Of a stretch of DNA of 64,000 bases, positions 40,936-51,180 are shown piece after piece. The translations under genes and the position numbers were made by a program. Source of the DNA: an uncultured Thermoleophilia bacterium (GTDB lineage: Bacteria > Actinomycetota > Thermoleophilia > UBA2241); assembly GCA_963767505.1 (NCBI GenBank), contig CAVYDV010000007.1, positions 2,195 to 66,194 on the forward strand, written 5' to 3'. Every line of letters starts with the position of its first letter. The first letter of the stretch is position 1. Below the pieces are notes generated by a model that worked only from the letters and a program-made list of their open reading frames with translations, made no database searches and was not told the origin of the DNA.

Positions 40936-43046
40936 CTAGCCGCCGCTCGGCGTCGGCGTGGGCGTCGGCGTCGGAGTCGGCGTCGGTGTCGGCGTCGGGC
41001 GCCGGAGGCGGTTTCGGCGTCTTCGTCGGCTTGATCGTCCTCGTGGGCGTGGGCGTGGGCGACGCCGAGCCGCTCTCGGATGGCTCGGGTGACGCTGACA
41101 TCTTGGAGTAGGCTCCGTTCCACGGGCTGAACGACCACGACGCATACGAGAAGCCGGGATGCGGCCCGTTCTTGAAGGCGGCGGCGAAGTACTTGCCCCA
41201 CATCGGCGCGCAGTACGTGCCGCCGAAGGCTCCATACATGGGCGAGTTCTTCTCCGAATCGCCCATCCAGACGGCGGCGGCGAGTTGCGGTGTGTAGCCG
41301 CAGAACCACACGTCCCAGCCGTTCTCGGTGGTGCCCGTCTTGCCGGCCCTCGGGTGCGGGTAGTACGCGCCGGAGGCCGATCCGGTGCCGCTGCTCGCCG
41401 CCCGCTCCAGGTTCTTGGTGACGACAGAGGCTACGCCCGCGGGAAGCACGCGCTTGCCCTTCGTCTTGGGCTTCCAGTCGACGCGGCCACCGGGCAGTAC
41501 GACCTTGACGATGGCCTGCGGTTTGTGGTGGATGCCTCCGCTGGCCAGAGTGGCGTAGGCGACCGCCATCTCGAGAGGAGTCACCCCGGAGGTGCCCAGG
41601 GTGATCGACGGCACTTCGTCAAGCTTGCTGGTGACGCCCATCTTGTGAGCGATGTCGGCCGTGTTCTCGGGGCCGACATCGACCGAGAGCTGGGCGTACA
41701 CGACGTTGTCGGAGATGGTGGTGGCCTGCGACACGGACTCTGGGCCTCCGGACCCGTCGCCATTCACGACCCACGGCGCCGCGTATGCGCCCATGGGGAT
41801 GACGATCGGACTCTTGGACGAGTAGTACGTCGTGTCCGGATTCATGCCCTGGAGCACGGCGGCGGTGAGCACGAAGGGCTTCATCGACGATCCAGGCTGG
41901 CGCTTCGCCTGCCAGGCCAGGTTGAACTTCTGCTTCTTGTAGTCGAGGCCTCCGACCATGGTGCGGATGTAGCCGTTCTTGGGGTCGATGGCAACGAGGG
42001 CCGCCGAGGGCTTGAAGCCGAAGTTCAGCGGCGCCGTGCTGTTCCTGAGGATGTCGACGGCATCCTGCTGCCAGCTCATGTCGATGCTGGTGTGGACCTT
42101 GAGGCCACCCTCGAACACCTGGCGGCTACCGTACCGTTTCGTGAGCACGCGCGTGACGTAGTCGATGAAGTAGTCGGCCATGTCGTTGTTCAGCGACGGC
42201 GGGTGCTTGTAGACGCCGAGCTTGCGCTTGCTGGCGGACGCCGCCTTGTTGGGCGTGATGTAGCCGTGCTTGGCCATGAGTTCGAGCACGATGTTGCGCC
42301 GCCGTTTGGCCTCTTTGGGGTTGGTCGTCGGCGCGGCGCGCGTGGGCGCGTTCGGGAGCGCCGCGAGCAGCGCCGCTTCCTCGAGCCTCAGCTCGGAGGC
42401 GCGCTTGTGGAAGTAGGTGCGGGCGGCCGCCTCGACACCGTATGCGCCGGCGCCGTAGTAGACCGTGTTGAGGTACTCAGTGAGGATCTTGTCCTTCGAC
42501 CACTTGTCCTCGAGCTGCCAGGCGAGCACGGCCTCACGCAGCTTGCGCGTGTACGTCCGCTCGCTGCCCACGTAGGCGTTCTTGACGAACTGCTCGGTGA
42601 TGGTCGAGCCGCCCTGCACGACTGTGCCGGCGCGCACGTTCTCGACCAGCGCACGCGCGACACCCTGTGAGTCGACGCCGTGGTGGGTGTAGAAGCGCGC
42701 GTCCTCTGTGGCGACGGTCGCCTGCTTCATCGACTCCGGGATCTTGGCGCTCGGCACTATCACGCGGTTCTCGGCGCCGTGCAGCTCGGCGATCTTCCTG
42801 CCGTTGCGGTCGTAGATCGTCGTGTTGACGGCGTTCGGGCGTCGTTCCAGCTCGCTGAGAGTGGGGAGATCGCGCGAGAGGGCGTAGATGGCGCCGGCGC
42901 TCATGCCCAGCGCGACCACGATCAGCAGCAGCAGCGCGAGCACGACGAACTTGAGCCACCGTCGCCTTGGTCGTTTCCGGCCCTGCTGCCGCTGGCGGCG
43001 CCGGACGTCTCTGGAAGCGTCGGCCTGTCGTTCTCTGGTCAGACAT
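40936..43046 (-). CDS. Class A penicillin-binding protein (transglycosylase/transpeptidase); frameshifts near 42965 and 41000
   Basis: EDARFYTHHGVD, GGSTITEQFVKN, RKLRE, YLNTVYYG, RQPGSSMKPF (SxxK), SDN, GKTGT; Pro/Thr tail. Confidence 0.93.
40946..41062 (-). repeat. Hexanucleotide (CCGACG/CCCACG-like) repeats encoding the Pro-Thr tail of the PBP
   Basis: Plus strand tandem ggcgtc/ggcgtg/ggagtc/ggtgtc units, translating as PTPTPTPT on the minus strand. Confidence 0.75.
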
Positions 43047-43185
43047 GTGTCCTCATTGTACCCGATGTGCTGGAGCGGGTCCGTTCGACGCTCGGAAGCC
43101 CGCTTTCGCTGAGACGCGTGAACGCGTGCGGAACGTTCATGCAGTCGGCACGCCGCTCTCGCCGCGAGGTCGTCGTCCCGTGCGC

Positions 43186-43978
43186 TCAGGTCGCGCCCGT
43201 CGCGAGATCATCCACATCGTCTGCAGCTGTCGGGACCGCTTCCTTGGGCTGCACGATTCGCGCGATCGGGATGGAGACCTCGTAGAGGATCAGCATGGGA
43301 ATGAGCATGGCGATCATGGAGAAGGCGTCCTGGCCCGGCGTCAGCAGGGCGGCGAACAGGGCCATGATGACGATCGCGTAGCGGCGGTTCTTGCGCAGGA
43401 ACCTGTCGCTGATCACGCCGACCTTGGCGAGCAGCACGAGGACGACCGGCATCTCGAAGATGAGGCCGAAGGCGAGAACGAACAGGGCTACGAACGTGAA
43501 GTACTCGGTGGCCCGGTTCTGCACATTGAAGGTGTCGCCCCCGAAGTTGAGGAGAAACGTGAGGCCCTTGGGAAGGACGAAGAAGTACCCGAATGCGACG
43601 CCGCCGAGAAACAGCACACTGGTCGCCGCAACGACAGGGTAGAAGTACCGCTTCTCGCTGCTCGTGAAGGCCGGGCCGACGAACGCCCAGAGCTGCCAGA
43701 TGAGGAATGGGGAGGTCATGAGAAGACTCGCCACTACCCAGACCTTGAGGCTGACCATGAACGGCTCGATCGGGGCTGAGCGTGATGATCTGGTAGGAGG
43801 TGATATCCAGGCCGGGGACGTGCCTGAGCGGGTACAGAAGCAGGCTGAAGACGAAGTCGTTGAAGATGGCCGCCGCGATGACGCCGGCGACCAGGACCAC
43901 TACCACCCAGAACATCCGCTTGCGCAGCTCGTCCAGGTGCTCGAGGATGGTGAACCTGTCGTCGGGGCCGGCCGCCAT
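43186..43978 (-). CDS. tatC: Twin-arginine translocase subunit TatC; frameshift near 43770
   Basis: EHLDELRKR, WQLWAFVGP…EKR, FGLIFEMP, RRYAIV, ALLTP.D, LYEVSI. Confidence 0.93.
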
Positions 43979-43984
43979 GGCGCC

Positions 43985-44488
43985 TCAGGCGTCGCCGGGC
44001 GGGGAGGTCGTCGCGGATACGCTGGGCTCTGGGGGCGCCTCGGGACCCTCCGGCGCGTCTGCCGCGTCAGCTTCAGCCTCCTGCGGCCGTGTCGACGTCG
44101 CCTCGGCGGTGGCCTCCAGCGCCTCGGCCGTCTCGACTTCGGCGGCGTCTGCAAGCATCTCGTCCGCCTCCTTCGGCACGTCTCCCGCCGACGCTGCGCG
44201 CCGGCGGCCGGCAGAACGTCGATCGCCGCAGTGACGGCGTCATCGCCGGACTTCGCCGGCGCGGGCTGGTCGGCGGCCTTCATATCGATGCTGATGCTGG
44301 ACTTCAGGTCCTTGACGTCGGCGGCGACGTCGTCGATACCGAGCTCTGAACGTGCCGTCGATGTCGCCTTCTTGAGCTCCCGCATGGCCTGGCCGAGGCT
44401 GCGTCCCGCCTGTGGCAGCCGCTTGGGGCCGAACACGAGTAGGGCGAGGACGAGCACGATCAGCGATCTCCATGGGGCCGATGTTCAC
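43985..44488 (-). CDS. tatA: TatA/TatB family subunit with acidic tail; frameshifts near 44460 and 44195
   Basis: NIGPMEI…LALLVFGPKRLPQAGRSLGQAMRELKKA. Confidence 0.85.
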
Positions 44489-44760
44489 GGGTGGGTCCTT
44501 GCGTCGGGTATGAACCATCTCATCTTAGGCTGGCCCGGGAGGGCGGTCAACGCGGCACGCCCCGAACTGGCCTGGTTTGCCGCGGGGCCGCGTCGGTGCC
44601 GTGCGAGATAGCAAAGTACCTGCACGTCACGAGCGGCGCGGACGCGCGCCGCCGCTCCTGGGTACTTGCGCGGCGGAAGGTGTGTTGGTATGTTAGCGTC
44701 CTAGAGGCTCGCCCCGGTTCTTTCCGGTGCGGGTCCTGATTTTCCTCATGGCTGGTTCTG

Positions 44761-45129
44761 ATGACCGAAGCGTACCTCACCAACTGGCTGTACATCGGCC
44801 TCTTCATCGCCGCCGGCGGAGCTCTGGTCGTCCTCATCCTGGTGTTCTCCAAGCTGGTGAACCCACAGCACCTCACGCCGGAGAAGCTCGCCCCCTACGA
44901 GTGCGGCATTCCGCCGGTCGGGCGACCTTGGTCGCCGTTCGCCGTGCGCTACTTCGTGTTCGGCCTTCTCTTCCTCATTTTCGACGTCGAGGCCATCTTC
45001 CTGTTCCCCTGGGCGATCGTGTTTCGCGGCCTGGGGACGGCGGGGTTCATCGAGATGGCGCTCTTCGTCGCCGTCCTGGGCTTCGGGCTGGTCTACGCCT
45101 GGCGCAAGGGGGCTCTGGAGTGGGCATGA
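44761..45129 (+). CDS. nuoA: Complex I subunit A
   Basis: KLAPYECG, FLIFDVE.IFLFPWA, YAWRKGALEW. Confidence 0.95.
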   Translation: MTEAYLTNWLYIGLFIAAGGALVVLILVFSKLVNPQHLTPEKLAPYECGIPPVGRPWSPFAVRYFVFGLLFLIFDVEAIFLFPWAIVFRGLGTAGFIEMALFVAVLGFGLVYAWRKGALEWA

Positions 45130-45675
45130 CCGGCCGAGGTTCCGGCCAGGCCAGGCCGCGTTTTCCCAAGCTCGAGCACTTTCAGAAGCCGAACGTCATC
45201 ACGACGACCACCGACCTCATCTTCAGTTGGGCCCGCTCCCACTCCGTGTTCCCGTTCCAGTACGGACTGGCCTGTTGCGCCATCGAGATGCTGAGCTCCG
45301 GGTTCGCTCGCTTCGACATCGCCCGGCTACGGGATGGAGGTCTTCCGGCCGACTCCGCGGCAGAGCGATCTGATGATCGTCGCAGGCACGGTCAACGAGA
45401 AGATGGCTCCGGTACTCGAGCTGCTCTACCAGCAGATGTCGGAGCCCAAGTGGGTCGTCAGCATGGGTGCCTGCGCCAACAGCGGCGGGCCCTTCTACGA
45501 CGGCTACAACGTGGTCAACGGGGTCGACAAGGTCGTCCCGGTAGACGTCTACATCCCCGGTTGCCCGCCACGGCCGGAGGCGCTGTTCCAGGGGCTTCTC
45601 GAGCTGCAGAAGAAGATCCAGCGGCACTCGTTCGTTCCGGTCGCGCCTCCGGCGTCCGGCGACGGGGGAGGCTGA
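45126..45675 (+). CDS. nuoB: Complex I subunit B; frameshift near 45330
   Basis: [49 protein letters not shown]. Confidence 0.93.
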
Positions 45676-45680
45676 GGCTC

Positions 45681-46175
45681 ATGGCGCTCGAAGTCGGTGT
45701 CAATCCCATGGGGATAGATGCTATCGCCGAGCTCCTGGCGACCGCGTTTGCGGGCGAGCTGGAGGACGTGCGCGTGCAGGAGCCGGACACGGTCGTGGCG
45801 CGTTGCGCCAGGGAGAAGACCAAGGACGTGGCACGTCGCCTCAAGGCTCAGGATGACGTCGGCTACGGGACCCTCAACTGGATTGCCGGCGTCGATCGCG
45901 GGACGTGCCTGGAAAGCGTGTATCACCTGTACAGCTGGAAGACCAACAGCTATCTTCGGCTGCACGTCCAGCTGTCGTCGACAGACCCCGAGGTGGAGAC
46001 GGTCAGCGACATCTGGCCGGCGGCCGAGTGGCTCGAGCGCGAGGCGTGGGACATGTTCGGCATCCGCTACGTCGATCACCCCGACCTGCGCCGCATCCTG
46101 CTCAAGGACGACTTCGTCGGCCACCCGCTGCGCAAGGACTACGTCGACCTCGTCGAGAACCATCCGCATGCCTGA
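45681..46175 (+). CDS. nuoC: Complex I subunit C
   Basis: TVSDIWPAAEWLEREAWDMFGIRY.DHPDLRRIL…GHPLRKDY. Confidence 0.93.
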   Translation: MALEVGVNPMGIDAIAELLATAFAGELEDVRVQEPDTVVARCAREKTKDVARRLKAQDDVGYGTLNWIAGVDRGTCLESVYHLYSWKTNSYLRLHVQLSSTDPEVETVSDIWPAAEWLEREAWDMFGIRYVDHPDLRRILLKDDFVGHPLRKDYVDLVENHPHA

Positions 46176-47383
46176 CCAGCTTCGCGACAGCCGCTCCGGA
46201 TGAGGCGGTCCAGCTGGCGCAGCGGCGCATCGATGAGGCGTACGCCCGGGGCGAGGGGTCGAACCTCGAAGGCCTCAGGTTCAACGAGGTCATCGTCAAC
46301 ATGGGGCCGCAGCACCCCTCGACGCACGGCGTGTTGCGGCTGGTCGTCACTCTCGACGGCGAGCTCGTCAGGGACGTGATCCCCGTCGTCGGGTACCTTC
46401 ACCGCTGCAAGGAGAAGCTCGCCGAGAAGCGCACCTACTACCAGTACATCCCCATCACCGATCGCACCGAGTACCTTGCCGGGATGAACTGCGAGTGGGG
46501 ATACGTGATGACTGTCGAGAAGTTGGCCGGTATCCGGCCGACCCGGCGGGCGGAGTTCATCCGCGTCATCATGGCCGAACTCAATCGTATCGCCAGCCAC
46601 ATGGTCGCCATCGGCACGTTCACCGCCGACCTGGCGCCGCTGGGGACGGCCATGCTCTTCTATACGTTCCGCGACCGTGAGCTCATCCTCGATCTGCTGG
46701 AGGACGTGAGCGGCGCGCGCATGATGTTCAACTACTTCCGTTTCGGCGGGGTGCGCTACGACCTGCCGGATGGCTGGGTCGAGACGTGTCGCGACGTCAT
46801 GCGCAGGATGCCCAAGCTCATCGATGAGTACGAATCGCTCGTACAGGGCAACGCCATCTTCCTGCAGCGATGCGTCGGCAAGGGGGTGATCTCGCAGCAG
46901 GACGTGGTCGACTACGCGATCACGGGGCCGTGCGCGCGCGCCTCGGGCGTGCCCCACGACCTGCGCCGCACACGCCCCTACTCGGTCTATCCCGAGCTCG
47001 ACTTCGAGCTGCCGCTGGGCCAACATGGCGACGTCTTCGACCGCTACCAGGTGCGCGTGGACGAGATGCGCCAGTCGGTGAGGATCATCGAGCAGGCGCT
47101 CGACATGCTGCCGAAAGGCCCGGTTCAGATCGGCTCGCTGCGTGCACCCTACGCGATCACGCCGCCCCCCGGTGAGTGCTATGTGGGACAGGAGAACCCG
47201 CGCGGCGAGTACGGCACCTACATCGTGAGCGACGGCTCGCGCTACCCCTACCGGCTCAAGTACCGCGACCCCTGCTTCATGCACCTGCAGATATTCCCGA
47301 AGCTTCTGCGGGGCAACAGGATCGCCGACGCCGTCGCCATCTCAGGCAGCATGGACCTCGTCCTCGGAGGCATCGACAGATGA
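46168..47383 (+). CDS. nuoD: Complex I subunit D; start uncertain, probable frameshift near 46190
   Basis: NMGPQHPSTHGVLRL, GYLHR, ELNRIASH, GPCARASG, ENPRGE, DLVLGGIDR; no NiFe CxxC motifs. Confidence 0.93.
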
Positions 47384-48502
47384 ACGACCTCCTCACAGGC
47401 ATCCTGCGCGCGGTCCTGTTCGTGCTCATCGCCTACACGGTGGTCATGGTCTCCGCGCTGATCAACATCGTCTTCGAGCGCCGCGTCCTGGCCTTCATGC
47501 AGGACCGTCTGGGGCCCAACCGCACCGGCCCTCAGGGGCTGCTGCAGAGCGCCGCGGACGCCGTGAAGATGATGGGCAAGGAGGACTTCCGCCCCGCCCT
47601 CGCCGACCGGTATCTGTTCACGATGGCGCCCATGGTCGTGATGATCGGCGCCGTGGCGATCCAGACCGTCGTTCCCTACACGAAGGGACTCATGGCCACC
47701 GACCTCGATGTGGGCCTGGTCTTCATCGTCGCCATCACCGGCTTCACGACTCTGGCCATCCTTCTCGGCGGCTGGTCGTCGTGCAACAAGTACTCCCTCG
47801 TCGGCGCCCTGCGCGGCGCGGCGCAGATGATCAGCTATGAGATCCCGATGATCCTCAGCCTTCTGGTCGTCGCCATGCTCGTCGGCTCACTGCGGCTTGG
47901 CGAGGTCGTCGCGGCTCAGGACGGCTACCAGTGGCTCGTCTTCTATGCGCCGTTCACGTTCCTCATCTTCTACATCGCCTCGATCGCCGAGCTGAACCGC
48001 GGCCCGTTCGACCTGCCGGAGTCGGAGTCGGAGCTCGTCTCCGGCTACGGCACGGAGTACTCGGGCATGCGTTTCGGCATGTTCTATCTCAACGAGTTCG
48101 CAGGACTGACGGTCATGTCCATGATCGCTGTGACCCTGTTCTTCGGCGGATGGCACGGCCCCTTCGAAGATGCGATCCGCTTCTGGGGCGTCTCGTGGCT
48201 GCCGCTGGTGTGGTTTCTCATCAAGACATACGCTCTCGTCTTCCTCCTGATCTGGATCAGGACCTCGCTGCCACGTCTGCAGGTCGATCAGCTCATGGCC
48301 TTCGCCTGGAAGATCCTCATTCCGCTTGGCTTGGTCAACATCCTCGTGGCGGGCGCCGTGGTGCTCTGGGTGCCGCAGTGGAAGTGGGGCATGGCGGTCT
48401 TCAGCTGGCTGGCCCTTCTGGCCTTCGTCGCGCTCTTCGATCCCGATCCTCAAGTGGCGTCTGCGCAAGCGGCGCGTCCCGGTGCCGGTGGTGAGTGCCT
48501 GA
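47380..48502 (+). CDS. nuoH: Complex I subunit H; frameshift near 48440, true stop probably TGA 48500-48502
   Basis: ERRVLAFMQDRLGPNR, ADAVKMMGKE, NKYSL.GALR..AQMISYE, AELNRGPFDLPESESEL..GY.TEYSG. Confidence 0.93.
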
Positions 48503-49270
48503 TGCTCGGTATGTTCAAGGCCATGCGCACCACGATCCGGCATCTCCCGGCCAGGAAGATCACGGTGCAGTATCCCGAGCAGCGCGAGCGGCTGCCGGCG
48601 CGCAGCCGCGGCCTCTTCCGCGTCGTCGTCGACCCGGGCAGCGGCGACGCCCGCTGCCGGTCGTGCACGCTCTGCGAGACGAACTGCCCCGTGCAGGTGA
48701 TCCGCGTGGAGCACACCAGCAAGTACGAGCTTCCGGCGCCCAATCTGGCGCGGATCTCCCGGGCGCGTCTCGCCGCTCAGCCCAGCATCGACCTCGACAT
48801 GCTGCAACCGGTGCTCGATGACTTCTACGAGCACGGCACGGGGCTCATCGCCATCCTGCAGAACACGCAGGATGTGTATCGGTACCTGCCGCGCCGGGCC
48901 CTCGAGGAGATCTCCCTGCAGACTGGCGCCTCCCTCTCACACATCTACGGCGTCGCAAGCTTCTACAACCAGTTCCGGCTCTCACCGGTCGGTGACCACA
49001 TCGTCGAAGTGTGCCACGGCACGGCCTGCCACGTCGCCGGGTCACGGAAGATCGCCGAGGCTCTCGAGGAGGAGCTCGGCGTCCCCGAGGGCAAGACCAC
49101 GGAGGACATGAAGTTCACGCTCTGCGTCGGTGGCCTGCATGGGGGCGTGCTCGCAGGCTCCCGTCATGCGTATCGGTGACCTCACCTACGGGGGGCTCAC
49201 GCCGGACAAGACACGCCAGATCATCCGCGGCATGCTGGCGCGAGGTCGAAGCGGAGAAGGGCCGAGCTGA
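48502..49270 (+). CDS. nuoE: Fusion of the N-terminal half of NuoI to NuoE/HydC-like [2Fe-2S] subunit; frameshift near 49125, end uncertain
   Basis: MLGMFKAMRTTIRHL…ITVQYPEQR…RSRG…CRSCTLCETNCP (NuoI-N) is in frame with LIAILQNTQ..YRYLP…GVASFYNQF…VCHGTACHVAG…ACMGAC (NuoE). Confidence 0.85.
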
Positions 49271-49277
49271 AGGCGCC

Positions 49278-51173
49278 GTGACCGACACGACGCGACACGA
49301 CTCGAGACCCCAGGCCGAGGGGCGGAACGTGCGCGTCGCCGGGGTCGCCGGCGGTGGCTACCGCGTCACGGTCTGCGCGGGCACCGCGTGCACGTTCGCC
49401 GGCTCACCGGCTGTGCAAGAGGCGTTCTTGCAGGAAGTGCAGGCCGCGGGTCTCGGTGACAAGGTCGAGGTCTCAATCATCGGGTGCCACGGCCTGTGCT
49501 CGATGAGTCCGGTCGTCGTGCTCAGCGACGATACGTTGTACGGGCACCTGCGGCCTGAGGACGTCGGCAAGGTCGTCGAGGAGCACCTCAGAGGCGGTGT
49601 CCCGGTCGAGAAGTTCCTGTACAAGGACCCGCACACGGGCGCCCGTGTGCGCGACTGGCACGACATCGATTTCTACCGGGAGCAGACGCGCATCGCGCTG
49701 CGCAACGTCGGCATGGTCAATCCCGAGAGTATCGATGAGTCCGTCGCCCGCGGCGGGTATGCGGCGGCTCGCATGGTGCTCACCGAGAAGACGCCGGAGT
49801 GGGTGGTGGCGCAAGTCACAGACTCCGCGATCCGCGGTCGCGGAGGTGCCGGGTTCTCGACGGGCGTCAAGTGGAAGTTCGCCCAGCAGTCACGGAGCGA
49901 GGTGAAGTACATCATCTGTAACGGCGACGAGGGCGACCCCGGGGCCTTCATGGACGCGTCGATAATGGACGGCGACCCTCACACGGTCATCGAGGGCATG
50001 ATCATCGGCAGCTACGCGATCGGAGCGCACGAGGGCTACATCTACGTGCGGGCCGAGTACCCACTCGCGGTCAGACGCCTGACCATGGCGATCGCCGACG
50101 CCGAGGCGGCCGGCTACCTCGGCGCCGACATCTTCGGGAGCGGCTGGGACTTCAGCTTGAAACTCAAGCTCGGCGCAGGCGCCTTCGTCTGCGGGGAGGA
50201 GACGGCCCTGATCGCCTCGATCGAGGGCCGGCGCGGCATGCCGCGCACACGGCCGCCGTTCCCTGCGGTCAGCGGCCTGTGGGGCAAACCGACCAGCATC
50301 AACAACGTCGAGACGTTCGCCAATATCCCGTGGATCGTGACCCACGATGCCGCGGACTACGCCCAGCTCGGCGTGGAAGGCTGTCATGGAACGAAGGCCT
50401 TCAGCCTCGCCGGCAAGGTCGTCAACGGTGGCCTCGCGGAGGTATCCATGGGCGTCACGCTGCGCCATGTCATCTTCGACATCGGCGGTGGCATCAGTGA
50501 CGGGCGGGAGTTCAAGGCCGTGCAGCTCGGCGGACCGTCGGGCGGATGCGTCCCGGCGAGCATGCTCGACACGCCGGTGGACTACGAGAGCCTTGCGGCG
50601 ACGGGCGCCATGGTGGGATCGGGCGGCATCGTCGTGGTCGACGATCAGACGTGCATGGTCGATGTGGCGCGCTTCTTCCTCCACTTCACACAGAGCGAGT
50701 CCTGCGGCAAGTGCGTGCCTTGCCGGCTTGGGACCAAGCGCATGCTCGACATCCTTGATCGCATCGTCTCCGGCGAGGGACGTGAGGGCGACGTCGAGCT
50801 GCTCGAGGAACTCAGCGGCTACGTCATGGAGGGCAGCCTGTGCGCCCTTGGGGGTACAGCGCCCAACCCTGTGCTTACCACCATCAAGTACTTCCGCAAG
50901 GAGTACGAGGCGCATGTCAACGAGAAGCGTTGTCCGGCGGGGAAGTGCAAGCCTCTCATCCGCTACACGATAGATGCGGAGGCCTGCACCGGCTGCACGC
51001 TCTGCGCCAAGAAGTGCCCCGTCGGCTGCATCACGGGCGAGCGGAAGCTGACCCACGTGATCGACCAGGACGCCTGCATCAAGTGCGACACCTGCCGCCA
51101 GGTGTGCAAGTTCGACGCGGTGCGCGTCCTGTCTGGCATCGAGCAGCCGGCGGCCGTCGGTGGGGAGGCGTAG
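49278..51173 (+). CDS. nuoF: NuoF/HydB-type flavoprotein with N-terminal [2Fe-2S] and C-terminal 2x[4Fe-4S] domains
   Basis: CAGTAC…GCHGLC, RGRGGAGF.TG.KW, CNGDEGDPGAFMD, GAFVCGEETAL, ESCGKCVPCRLG, SLCALG, H…RCPAGKC, two CxxCxxCxxxC motifs. Confidence 0.92.
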   Translation: MTDTTRHDSRPQAEGRNVRVAGVAGGGYRVTVCAGTACTFAGSPAVQEAFLQEVQAAGLGDKVEVSIIGCHGLCSMSPVVVLSDDTLYGHLRPEDVGKVVEEHLRGGVPVEKFLYKDPHTGARVRDWHDIDFYREQTRIALRNVGMVNPESIDESVARGGYAAARMVLTEKTPEWVVAQVTDSAIRGRGGAGFSTGVKWKFAQQSRSEVKYIICNGDEGDPGAFMDASIMDGDPHTVIEGMIIGSYAIGAHEGYIYVRAEYPLAVRRLTMAIADAEAAGYLGADIFGSGWDFSLKLKLGAGAFVCGEETALIASIEGRRGMPRTRPPFPAVSGLWGKPTSINNVETFANIPWIVTHDAADYAQLGVEGCHGTKAFSLAGKVVNGGLAEVSMGVTLRHVIFDIGGGISDGREFKAVQLGGPSGGCVPASMLDTPVDYESLAATGAMVGSGGIVVVDDQTCMVDVARFFLHFTQSESCGKCVPCRLGTKRMLDILDRIVSGEGREGDVELLEELSGYVMEGSLCALGGTAPNPVLTTIKYFRKEYEAHVNEKRCPAGKCKPLIRYTIDAEACTGCTLCAKKCPVGCITGERKLTHVIDQDACIKCDTCRQVCKFDAVRVLSGIEQPAAVGGEA

Positions 51174-51180
51174 GGAGACG

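Noticed and set aside
40946-41062. Tandem repeat as CRISPR or contingency locus
   Set aside because: Degenerate 6-mers encoding an ordinary Pro-Thr linker; no spacers or cas genes.
44727-46175. 482-aa ORF joining the NuoB N-terminus and NuoC
   Set aside because: Caused by the nuoB frameshift near 45330; nuoB has its own stop at 45675 and nuoC its own RBS and ATG.
46168-47383. Group 4 [NiFe]-hydrogenase large subunit
   Set aside because: No CxxC Ni-binding motifs; it has the NuoD quinone-site HPSTHG and a GIDR terminus.
47176-49179. Apparent NuoH-NuoI-NuoE triple fusion
   Set aside because: The hydrophobic NuoH helix breaks near 48440 and a TGATG stop/start overlap exists at 48500-48504. 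Only the NuoI-N::NuoE fusion is retained.
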